A stretch of DNA of 64,000 nt, from contig CM106585.1 in the NCBI GenBank assembly GCA_048013815.1, forward strand, positions 22,878,001 to 22,942,000, given 5' to 3'. Each line of letters begins with the position of its first letter. Positions within the stretch are counted from its first letter, which is position 1. Origin of the DNA: Setoptus koraiensis. Taxonomy: Eukaryota; Animalia; Arthropoda. Shown piece by piece: positions 1 through 11,008 of this stretch. The translations under genes were made by a program, and so were the position numbers. Below the pieces are notes generated by a model. That model ran no database searches. It was not told the origin of the DNA and was given only the letters and a program-made list of their open reading frames with translations.

Positions 1-3000
1 AACTATAGAGTCTCCCGACAAGTGTACAGTGAAAGAATTGCGCCGTTCGATCATCATCTCAAGTTTATATGAGAGAGGAACAAAGAAGAATAATTCCAGC
101 TTTGTCTAGATGAGTGTAATATCGAGAAGAAGGAAAAAAAACAAATACAATCTCTTGGCCGCTACAACAACTGTATTGAGCTGCGAGAATTACTGGCAAA
201 TCGCAAAGAGATGATGTTGAGTCATCTTGATCAAGTGATATTATTTGCGTTGCTTGACTGAGAATTGAATTTTCCATTCGCTCATTCAGCACGCTCTATA
301 GATTTCTTTATACAAAATATGACCCAGTCGGTGATTATTTTTTTCAAGAGAAATCAAGAGTGTTTGTTATTTTGTTGTGTAATGAGCATTTTTCCTTGTT
401 TTCTCTTTTGTACGCTTCTTGCCATGAAATCCGATTGTTCGATATCGGCTGATCTGACTTTTCACCGGAAATAGTCAGATTTTTCGGCCTGCCCTAGTTT
501 GGCCGACAAATACTCACGATCAGCAATTGTGTATTATCCAGAGTGACATGAATTTAGCGACCACATTTTTCCGCTTCGCGGTATTCATATATGCTGCGGT
601 CTAACAAGAGCGGTGTCGGTGAAATGTCTGATTTTAGTTTTCTGTGAAAAGGATGCCATAGTTGGAAAAATCAAGAATCGGTTTGCGGCGGCAGGCAGAA
701 TATCCGAGTTTCGGTGGTCAAGCAACGGTTACATTTCCCCGCGAATAAAATAGAGACCATCGAGGTCATCAATCTAGCTTGACTGAACACGCTTCGATTG
801 TGTACAAAAGCAGGTCAGATCATGACATTTCAGCCAAAGACAAATGTATCAATTAGCTGACATTGTGTTGTGCATTGAGCCATATATGAGTATCGCACAT
901 GCAACCAAGCAATGGTCTGATCCGGCCAACTGAATACGATTGATTTTGTTGGTTGGTTTGTTGGGTTGCTGCAATTAGAGCTACAGCATAAGAAAACGGA
1001 TTGGAGCGAGGCGATTCCAAAATGTCCAGATTTCGGAAAAAGGTGCCTCGTTCAGGCCCCATATCCACTGTGCAATATCCAGTCTGTGGACGTACCTGTA
1101 TGCAGTCGGTGCAAGCGACACTGGCGACGGGGTCACTGTAGCAAACGTCTGAGACATTGCAGAGCTTGCCGCATAATGATTATTCTAATTACTTAATCGA
1201 CATGGTTGCGAAATAGTAGTATTAGTGGTGGGAGTGGTTGTGAGTTGTAGTTTCACTAGTGACTATTTTGAAATGCATGTAAACCAGCCAGTGCGACTTG
1301 GTGTGAAATGGCTCGAATTAGACGAGAGTGACAAGTTGACTTTGCGTAGGAATTGCTTATAAATTGAGGAAATCGCGCTCGGCTGAGCCGAGATATTCTT
1401 ATGAGAGTGTCCGTGGTTGTGAAAACAACGCCGATAAGCCTTAGTGTACACGCCGAGAGAGAGGGATAAAGAAAGCGAGAGAGAGCGAGAGTTGCATAAA
1501 GGGCGCATCTGCACTTGATCATGAATAGTTATTCGAACAGTAAATAGAGATAGAAAGTGGCCAGTCGGAGAGTTATGGAGCCCCCATCCACATAATGTGG
1601 ACACACATAAATGTATGTGAGTAGCGAGCCGGGATGCATGCCAACTGGGGCCTTCTAGGAATAAAAGAGAGTGGACTTTTGGAGATTTCTCCACTGTGAG
1701 GCCCATTAACGCGCTTGATTTGATTTGGCGAGACGATGAGAGGGACAACGATGGCACCGACTGAGCTATTGATGTGTAAAGTGTTGGAAAAAGTAAGTTA
1801 ATATTGAGCTGAATCACATCTTAGTCGCCATTCAACCGTTGGCCATTGACTTCAATAGGCTGACGGTGCGCTCACCATGTGTATCACTGCTGTAGATCAT
1901 CTTCTCGGCATTATATCCCGGGGCGTCCTAGATCATCGTGTCGTCGAATGTCAGCGAAAAGAAAATGCCAGCAAATGTTTCCAAAAGTTACTGGCAAGTC
2001 AATCTATATAAATCAGTATCAGTAGCATGGTTATGCCAGCGAGCTATCGATCTATCTAAGCCGGCTGATAGTTGAGTTAGTTTGTTTCAACTTGAAGAAA
2101 AAAATTGTTGCCTACGAAATAAGTTAAAAGCTGCGAAAGCTGAATGAAAGCACGAAAAAAAAGGAGATTCCAGTTAGAGTGCCGACATGAGGCTAAAGGC
2201 TGCCGAAAGGGGCCCCTCTGGTGGAAAACATTCCAAGTTGAGTCGTTTCGAACGAACGAACTCGTATGGGCCTGATGGGATAGTTTGTGTTGTCTTTACA
2301 GATCCACTCCATCACTTCGTTCGGCTAGCCAGCCACAGAGATATAAGTAGAGCCAGCAGTTTTGAGGAGTTGTAAGAGTCACAAATTTTTTTCTCTCCTT
2401 TTGCTGCTGCCTTCTTTCATTTCTTCGTTCAGCTAATTCTAATGATAAGGGAGAAAGCAGCAAGAAGGGAGCCAGCAAAGCATTAAAGAGATTATCGATG
2501 TAGCATGGATAACATGGTAGATGCTTGCTAGATGATGCAACTGGATAAGATAAACGCGGCCAGTGGAAGCGAAATGAAAATGATTTTAACTTATAAAGAA
2601 TGTTGCACTAACTGCGTGATGGTTGTGTTGACATGCCGGTGCTATCATCATAATAATAATTCAAAATGTCTTCACGCCAGCCAACTAGAACCAGACAGAC
2701 TGTGCAAAAAACCAGACAGTCAAAATTTAATGCTACCAACAACTTGCTATTTATTTTCTTGGCGCTCCTCTAGACCCCAGACCCCAGACGCTAGATCCTA
2801 GATTCTTCACTATATACTCTAGAGGATCCTCTATACACAACAATTACATGAATAATAAATTATTGGCGCTTACTATACTGAAAATACTGTCGTATTAACA
2901 TAATGATAATCTAGATCAGAAATATAGAGCCTACTATTTGGGTCTGCGCCAGCCAACAGGCCTAAAAATATTATTTCCTTTGAGAAATCATTACTTTCCG

Positions 3001-4055
3001 AGATAACAGCCTCGCAAGTGCCACAAATATACCAAATGCAACAGAGGCAGAGACAGAATTTGACATATGGGGAAAAATTGGCGAAATGTATTACAAATAG
3101 GTCAGCTAGTCTGCCTCAATGGCTGACAACAATCTGGTAATACACTGTACTCAGTTCAGTCTTTGAATATCATCGTGTGATATTCAATTATACAATAAGC
3201 TGTATGAGCTGCATTCCAGCCAACCAATTTCAATATCACACATGAGACAGCTTGCCAGTTCAGGTATATTCATAAAATAAATCTGCTCATTCATTCATTG
3301 TTGATCGGATGTAAAAGAGCATGTAAAGGAGCATTCTCAAGTTTCACCCAAAAATAACTCTAGCTATCAGTTGAGAGCTGTTTTTGTCTGGACTTATGTA
3401 TTGGTACAGTAGATTCCATCAAATATTGATTGTTTCGTTGAAATGTAAAAATGACTCGGAAGACCCAGTGTGTGTGGAGCGACTCGACCTTTGAAATTTC
3501 GACGCAGCTTTAGTTTAAACAATGCGCCCCATTGGATGTCCAGATACACACTTTTTGACACTGCAGATATCGACAATACATATTTTCTGTGGTGATTCCG
3601 AAGACCGAACCAACCGGGCACCAGAAATAGATAGGAGCAACCTACTTGCCTGAAACCTGCTCCAATCTACCTGGAATATCTCTGTTATATCCTTTGTAGA
3701 TATGTCTTAACATGCAAATTTAGCTAGGTGGAGATTCCCTATGCAGAGCAATCAAGCGACGCATTCCACAATATGCGAGACCTGAACAGAAAAAAAAGAA
3801 ATTTTGAATTTGATTACGGAACAGATAGATTGGTCGGACATTGATATTCAATGCGCCATTCAGTGTAATCGCAACTGAGACCGGCAATGAGTTGAGGTTC
3901 AGTAAATGAACTGCTCAAAAAAGATCAAAATGATCGATCAACATAGTTTTCTCGTGTCCTTTCGTGTTATGATTGTTGTCTCGCATGATTCACCCAATAA
4001 ATTTTCCCCCTAAATCTACAGTATTACTATTATTGATATTCAAATATATTAATCG

Positions 4056-7000
4056 ATGCCGTACGTTCTTTTTTCGGCTACACAATTCACTTTTTACTGT
4101 TTAGACGCTCGTTCGTTGCAATGTGAACCAACTCTTGCCTCGGTGACATTATCTAATTCGGAGCTGGCCCGGTTGGAAAAGCAGCATCAGTTTTCCACCA
4201 ACGGAACAGCCATTGAAGAACAGGAACAATCTTCACTGACACCAACAACACCTAATAATGCTGACGCCATCAAATATAAAAATGATAGATTTTCATCATC
4301 AGATTACGAGTCATATACAGTCATAAGACTGTCATCACCTAGTGAATCCCATTACACGCCAGGTGAAGCTATAGCTCTAACATGTGCCTTTGATGTCATC
4401 GATCATTTAGATGTCAGTGTATTAAAAATTGAATGGTATTACAAGGATACTCTCCTGTATGCATCGTCATCAATCAAAGAACACAACAACAATTACAAAC
4501 AACAGATCGGATCAGAGAATGGTTTTGGTGGACAAAAGACAGCTAACAACAACGAAAAAAATGTACACGTAACATCATCACCGACTAGTGATAACAACGA
4601 ACAAAATACCAATCTATTGAGACAACAACATCAACAGTCACTTTCATCACCAAATTATCAATTTCCATCACGATCGTCATCGCCACATGATGTGTTTATT
4701 TATGATTATATAACGTCCATCAAACTGAATTTCAGACAAAATTACTATGACAACAATATTAGTGAACAACACAAAAAACAACTAAATGATGATGAAACAA
4801 ACAGGAATAAATATATTCGTCTCACTCATTTGTTTGTAATACCTTCAGCTAAATCAGTAACAACATTGGTGAGTGGCCATAATGATGAATATGCTTCACT
4901 TTACACTAAAATTATGTCACGAACCAGCCAATCATCGCCTCAGGACAGTGCCAATTCCCCATCTAATGATCATTCATTTAGATGTGTTGCAAAAAATGAT
5001 CGGGGTCAAGTGATGCAAAATTTGACTGTCGTCATAAATGATAGCCGTCAATCAATGGAGCAACAATCGTATAGGTTGTATAAGAGACAACGGGAGATCG
5101 ATAGACAACAACAGATTCTATTGAAAAGGATGGTTGATGATAGCAAAGAGAAAAAAATAAATGATATTAACGGGCAAAATCAAGAAGCTTACAAAGGAAG
5201 CCCAGATAAGATGGACTATATTGGATATCTGATGAAACAAAATGATCGACAAGCCCCAGACAATATTAGTGCACCCAATGCATCCAACGATTATACTGCC
5301 GTTTACTTGAATAAAGTTAACAAGTCACCATCCTCCGAAGCTGGCACAGAGGATCTAAGCAGCAACGATTATATACCTGAGGAGGGTTTATTTACGTCAA
5401 ATCTTTCCGTCTTAGCAATTCCAATAAACCCTGCTGTTGTCACTGGTATGTTATATCCAATATATATGGATACTCGTTACACCACAAATACAATCAGCAA
5501 ACGGCTACCCGCGACGCCAATCGATAGCAACAGTACGATCGTTGATAAAAATTCTCTCAGTGGATCGATTCAGGAAGTTGACACAAGAGAAGATTACGTT
5601 GATCATTCGAAAATAGAAAAGTCCAAGATGAAACACTCAAAAACAAATGATAGAATCATTCAATTTGTTCCAACTACAACGATGATTGATGATGATTCAG
5701 AGAAAACTATAATGGCACTGATTGGCATCTATACAAGTGGCCTAATTGAAAGTATTAAGTCTTTTAACAATCAAGACAGCGAACAAATCAATAATATAAT
5801 TAATAGACACAATGATGATGCCAAATGGCGAGCAAGCGATAGTGAAAAACTTGGAAATTTAAAAGATGCAATAGCGGATAACAAGAGCAACCAATATCTG
5901 ACGATTTTGACAAATTGGATTAAATCCTTGACGGCAAAGATTTACATTTTAGTCAAAGATTCACTGTCCGGCTCAAAAGGTTTGTCCGCTGCACTGACTA
6001 TCAAATTGTATCAAATGAATACAATTTTTTCAATATGCTTGATTAATCACCCCTCTATTAACTTCCAACAATTACTTTCCTCTCCTCCATTCAGATATAA
6101 ATCCTACACTGATTAGCGTTATATTTGGTGTAATGATCGGATCATCGTTGCTGTGGCTTATTCTGTTGATTGGTGGCCGATTTAAAGGTTCAGCAAAAAC
6201 GAGCGCAACTGTTTATCCACAATTTGACACAAACGATGGAGTCAGAAAATCTGTGGTGCCTATAATGACGGTGACACAAGCCAGCGACAACATTGAACAA
6301 CAAAAGAATATGGCAAAAAAATCGATTAGTCAGCAGCACTGTCAGCCCGATGACGAAAAGGACTCAAGTGGAAAATCGTCAACGGGCAGTAGCAGTGCTG
6401 GTAGCCAGCACAAATTAATATCTGCAACAACTGAAAAATCGAGAGGCCCCATGTTGAATCATTCGTGTTCTAATAATAATATCGCCCAACTCAATTATGC
6501 TGGCAGTGGCCTCGTTGGTGCGAATTCGTTTAAAATGACAGCAGGAATGTCGTCTACTTTGGGTAGATTGAGCAACAACAATAGGCACACCTTGATGACT
6601 AGATGCAATAATATTGAGCAAGCAATAAGCGCTGGCAATCATTTACAACTAACCAACGATCCAGCGACCATAACAGACTTAATGAAGGAGCTTGAATATC
6701 ACGAACAGCAGAACAACACCAATGTTAATGCTATCAACAATAATGTTGTAACCAACACTAATAATAGCAATAGTTATAACAGTTATAACCATATCAACCA
6801 TCATTGTCAAAATGTCAATTTAGACAATGGCTCTGTATCAATATTTTGCCTCAGTGATGATGTGCACGAGAGTAGCGACGACATAGCGGCCACAGACAAC
6901 GAACAATCTATAGAATCACATCAATCGCAACAGTATACTAAACTAGACGACAACAACAACAGGTTTGTTTTGTTTGAATCTGGAGCAAACAGTTTTGATG

Positions 7001-8037
7001 ACAGATCATCTAGTACCAACGATCACTTAACTTCGGCCTTGAATTCATCAACTGCTGCCCCTGCGATCAACAGCAACAACATTTATTCCATCTCGGCCAA
7101 TTATTTCAACAACGATAACAACGATGACCATTGGAAACAATTAAAAGGGCCGCCAATCGATCAATTGGGCCAACATAATAACATGTTACCCATAAATCAT
7201 CATTCCGTATCCTCGTGCCAAGACAGTGATTTTGTTAGCTACAGTAGCGAAAACCTACCCCCGTTCAACTGCATAGCCTCGCAGCAATTGGCTGTTTTAG
7301 AGAATCATCACCCTCATCAATTGATAACTGCCACCAATTCTGTCGCTTCATCGCCTCATAATCAATTTATGCATCCCATGTCGTTGATATGCAATGATAG
7401 CTTGGCGTCGGCGGTTTCAAATGGCCACGAATCACTGACAAATGCACAACAGCACCAAAATTACAACAGCATCAACAACAGTAACGCCACTTTCATCCAA
7501 GACAATTATTCTCGCGTGCAGCCAATTACTTTTCAGAGAAATCACCCGAAATTCAATGCTCACTCTTGTGCCCATCAACCAAACATCAAAACAGTGAATG
7601 GCTACGACAGTGAGGGCATGATGAGATTGCCACAGCAAATGTATCAAATGGGCCACTATCAATCATCTAATTCGACTCACTCGAACACATCTAGTCCATC
7701 CACACAGCATACGACTACTACGGCAGTCGGCGATGATGAGACAATCGCTGCGAATTATGTAACTCATTTCATTCGAATGAACGTTGATAGAGCTAATTCA
7801 ATGGACACGAATACAAGCGGCAAAACGAACGGTACAGTATTCCAAACGGAAGTTGCCAACCAGGTTAATAGGAAATCGTCAGTAGCATGGTGCTCGTGCA
7901 CGAGAGACGATCATAGTGATAGAGAGGAGAAAATACACTCCATTGGCACATGCCGACATCATCAGCAAAAATCCATGCCAAACAATAACAGTGCAAATGG
8001 AACAGGTGGAAAGTTAAATGGAAAACCCGGCCAGTAA
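4056..8037 (+). CDS. Ig-domain single-pass (type I) membrane protein with long low-complexity ecto- and cytoplasmic regions; 5' end unresolved
   Basis: ORFs 4056-6116 and 6133-8037 join in frame through a phase-1 intron 5980-6094 (AAAG|GTTTGT...pyrimidine tract...TTCAG|AT), giving ...LSGSK-D-INPTLISVIFGVMIGSSLLWLILLIGGRFK, a TM helix followed by basic residues. Ig motifs: B-strand GEAIALTCAF, C-strand IEWYYKD, F-strand SFRCVAKNDRGQ. A strong acceptor TTTTTACTGTTTAG at 4104 suggests further upstream exons that I could not reconstruct. Confidence 0.75.
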
Positions 8038-8851
8038 TAAATATCTACCATTCACATGTATTGTCATGTGTGTCAAATGTAGTGATTCTTCATTGGTTGA
8101 TGTACTTGTGTTTGAACTAACCAAATAAACTATTTTGTATATTGATTAAAAAATATATATAGTCGAACACAAACACTATGCTTGTGGGCTTGTTTCGGTA
8201 GGGTGTTGTTCAATTTCTGAGAGCCTAGGTACAGTTGCAAAGCAGCTTAGCAGTTACGTGTTATTCAACGGTCGGTGCGTCGCTAACCAACCAACCAACC
8301 GACCGAAAATTTCTCACTTTGTCGTACATCATGAGGTCATAAAGAAAGGGGATCGGTATGAAAAAATCGTTAGATCAGCTATGGAGCAGCAATTGCGCCT
8401 CCAAAAAAGTTTAAAAAAAAATCAAAGAACCCTAGTCGACCTGTAGAATGCGACAGTGTCAGGCAAATATCAGAAGGACCCTTCAGTAGCGATACAACAG
8501 CATCACACGGACCTCAACAACTGCCTCTGCCGCCACCGAGATGCCAGATTTGAAGCGTAACTAGAACCCGTCCATGGCGATACTTCTTACGCAACGGGTT
8601 TCGGTTTTTAGAAATAATCTACAAATAGGAGGTCGTGTACACGATTCTAGTCACGTTGACACATTCACACTTATATACACGAACACATAATGGGGCTCTA
8701 TCAACATTTGTACATTCATATATTGAGAATATATTCAGAACAAGCAACACAGTAGATATAACTTATTCGTAATGTTCATCTATTGTTGCCCCAAAAATCC
8801 AATGCGGGCCGAGGACGATCAGTGATAGTCCTTCACCAAAGAACTTGACCG

Positions 8852-9706
8852 CTAAACTGCTTGTTTAATCCACTCGCTCATGTACTCATGGATGCAATCA
8901 TTTTCTTTGAGGGACTCTTTGCTCGTTAAGCGTTCTGATAGAATCTCGTAATGTAAGTGATAGGTTTGTGTTGTTATGTCATCTAGAAAGAATGGGCCCT
9001 CTTGAAGTCTTTGCAATTCTATTAGACTGACATAAGTATTCAATTCTTTGGCTAGATCCGTGAAAAACTGTCGAACAGAGAAAGTTCCGCTACAACTGAT
9101 GAAGAAGTCCGCGTGAGGTAGCGAAAGATTGACCAGATCTACTTTGTAGCATTCCACTAGTCTGTTATGTTTGGTCATGAGAGGATATCTTTGCGTTATC
9201 TTTCGTTCCTTCCTCTTGTCCAGATTGTCTAATGCACTTTCATCATCAGCAAATATGAGACGGTCAAATACACGAGAGGGATACTCTTGCTTGGTTATAC
9301 CCAGATATTTTGCAGCTTTGTCCGTGATGAGCCTCTCTCCTAGATGATCGTATGATGATTCGCCTATCATTGATCCATCAATGCAGCCATTTTCTCTCTG
9401 TTCACCAAATTTCACCCTAGCCCTGTATGCATGCTTGGCGTTTGTGAATGCTGGACTTATTAATTTACTACTTTTACCTAGAAATAGTGTGAGTACACCC
9501 GATGCGAATGGCTCCAATGGGCTCGAATAAGAGAGCTTTATTTTCGATTGTATGTGCACTTTCTGATTAGTATTGATGTAGCGGTTAACATCGTAGTACA
9601 TGAATTTGATGATGTCATTGGATGAAACGCCGGCAGGTTTAAATATTGGAACGACTCCATTGTATATCGACTTGACTTCTCTGAAGCGATTCGCTAGGCT
9701 CGTCAT
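8852..9706 (-). CDS. TruB-family pseudouridine synthase (TRUB2-like, probably mitochondrial), intronless, 284 aa
   Basis: TruB motifs: YNGVVPIFKPAGVSS (motif I), PLEPFASGVL (motif II), KHAYRARVKFG, CSGTFSVRQFFTDLAKEL and LQRLQEGPF. TRUB1 versus TRUB2 orthology needs a tree. Confidence 0.85.
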   Translation of the reverse strand: MTSLANRFREVKSIYNGVVPIFKPAGVSSNDIIKFMYYDVNRYINTNQKVHIQSKIKLSYSSPLEPFASGVLTLFLGKSSKLISPAFTNAKHAYRARVKFGEQRENGCIDGSMIGESSYDHLGERLITDKAAKYLGITKQEYPSRVFDRLIFADDESALDNLDKRKERKITQRYPLMTKHNRLVECYKVDLVNLSLPHADFFISCSGTFSVRQFFTDLAKELNTYVSLIELQRLQEGPFFLDDITTQTYHLHYEILSERLTSKESLKENDCIHEYMSEWIKQAV

Positions 9707-10228
9707 TAGGGGGATAAGTAGTGTGCAGCATGGATGGCTCCAGGATGAATCACAGATAAGTCTATTTTACTGGCTGAATGTTGATTGATAGAATGGATCA
9801 ATTTTTCTTTGGTTAGTCCAAAGGAAATTAAAAATGGACCTTTTTCGCGTTTCTGAGGTTCCAAAGTTCAACTTTCATTGAAATGCCCGTCTCTGAAATG
9901 CGACAATTTCATGAGTATATGCTCAAAAAACGCTCTATCGCTTCTGTAGTCTCGACACCGGCGAAAGAGTCAACAATAAACATGAGTAGCTTCATTGGAG
10001 GCGTTCTACCACTCTATTAACGCGACGGGAGCAGAATGGGAGTTCGAGGGAACCTCCCTCGCAAGGGAGGTTCCCTCGACCTTGTCTCCCTCTGCCCTCC
10101 CACCACTATTTTCAAAGCAGCATCCATGTGATGCCAAGTAAATGAAAACATTGAAAACGTGATCATTCGGACGAATATGGACAAATTACCATTTGAATAA
10201 ATACAACTGCAAGTTAAACAAGCTCACC
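9707..10228. promoter_or_regulatory. Putative bidirectional promoter between the TruB-like gene and MRPS14
   Basis: The two start codons face away from each other about 520 bp apart. The interval contains a perfect 16-bp inverted repeat at 10044-10079. Confidence 0.5.
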
Positions 10229-10783
10229 ATGATCAAATCTGTGTTTAAGCTAAATATACTAAATCGAATCGGTCCAATTGTCCCCCAGAGATTCTTCCAA
10301 ATTGGCACCAATAAATATCCGATTGCAGTTTTGAATAATCAACCGACTGAACTACACAAATCCAACGAATTATTACTTGATGTTGGTGGCACTGGAGACC
10401 CCTATAAGACACAGATAAAGCGGCGACGCCAGGTTCAAGATCCTAACATACCTGACTTCTCAAAACAGGAGTGCCTCAAATGGGCTAACTGGAAAATGCT
10501 CCGGGATGTTAAGCGTCGCATCAACCATGCTGCTTATTATCAAGAATGGGCTAACTTGAAACACCTTGGCACTAGGTCAATGCCAGCCATAGTCAGAGAT
10601 TTAGCTCGAGAGGAACGTGTCACACTGCCCAGAGTGTCTACAGTTAAAGGAATAACAAATAGATGTGCAATCACGTCGAGAGCAAGAGGTAAATTGATTA
10701 AGTTTAGACTTTCAAGAATAGTCTGGCGAGACCTCGCGGATCACGCCATGATTAGCGGCGCAATCAGAGCCAAGTGGGGCTAA
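10229..10783 (+). CDS. MRPS14: Mitochondrial ribosomal protein S14 (uS14m), intronless, 184 aa
   Basis: The C-terminal part NWKMLRDVKRR...NRCAITSRARG...FRLSRIVWRDLADHAMISGAIRAKW matches uS14m. The first ATG (CACC-ATG) is at 10229; the listed ORF start at 10193 is a TTG. Confidence 0.93.
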   Translation: MIKSVFKLNILNRIGPIVPQRFFQIGTNKYPIAVLNNQPTELHKSNELLLDVGGTGDPYKTQIKRRRQVQDPNIPDFSKQECLKWANWKMLRDVKRRINHAAYYQEWANLKHLGTRSMPAIVRDLAREERVTLPRVSTVKGITNRCAITSRARGKLIKFRLSRIVWRDLADHAMISGAIRAKWG

Positions 10784-11008
10784 ACAGGTGACCGATTAAA
10801 TCGCTAGTTAACAGTTGGTTTATGTATAGTGTTATTTTTAGACAAAAATTTGGTGATCATATAAATACTGAGTCTATCGCTTATTCTGATCATGAAGTGG
10901 CATACTAATGACAGAATGAAGGGCACAGTTTATCAATTATTCTGAATAAATGTAATGCAAAAACTAACAATGAGAAGGCGTACTAAATTATAAATGTTAC
11001 ACTGTTTC

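Noticed and set aside
65-1817. Short ORFs on both strands at the left edge, including a Cys-containing minus frame near 850-1170 and an imperfect hairpin at about 452-480
   Set aside because: No recognisable domain or consistent exon chain, and ORF lengths are within chance expectation. It may be transposon debris, but I cannot support a call.
2660-3900. Possible upstream exons of the Ig-domain gene (open frame about 2929-3100 ending in AG|GTCAGC; LRR-cap-like QIDWSDIDIQC near 3830)
   Set aside because: I could not build a stop-free spliced path into the acceptor at 4104; RNA-seq is needed.
6415-7662. Minus-strand ORFs 6415-6642 and 7432-7662
   Set aside because: Antisense shadows of the long plus-strand CDS.
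8258-8560. Lys-rich short frames downstream of the Ig gene
   Set aside because: No ATG start or recognisable homology; A-runs inflate the apparent coding look.
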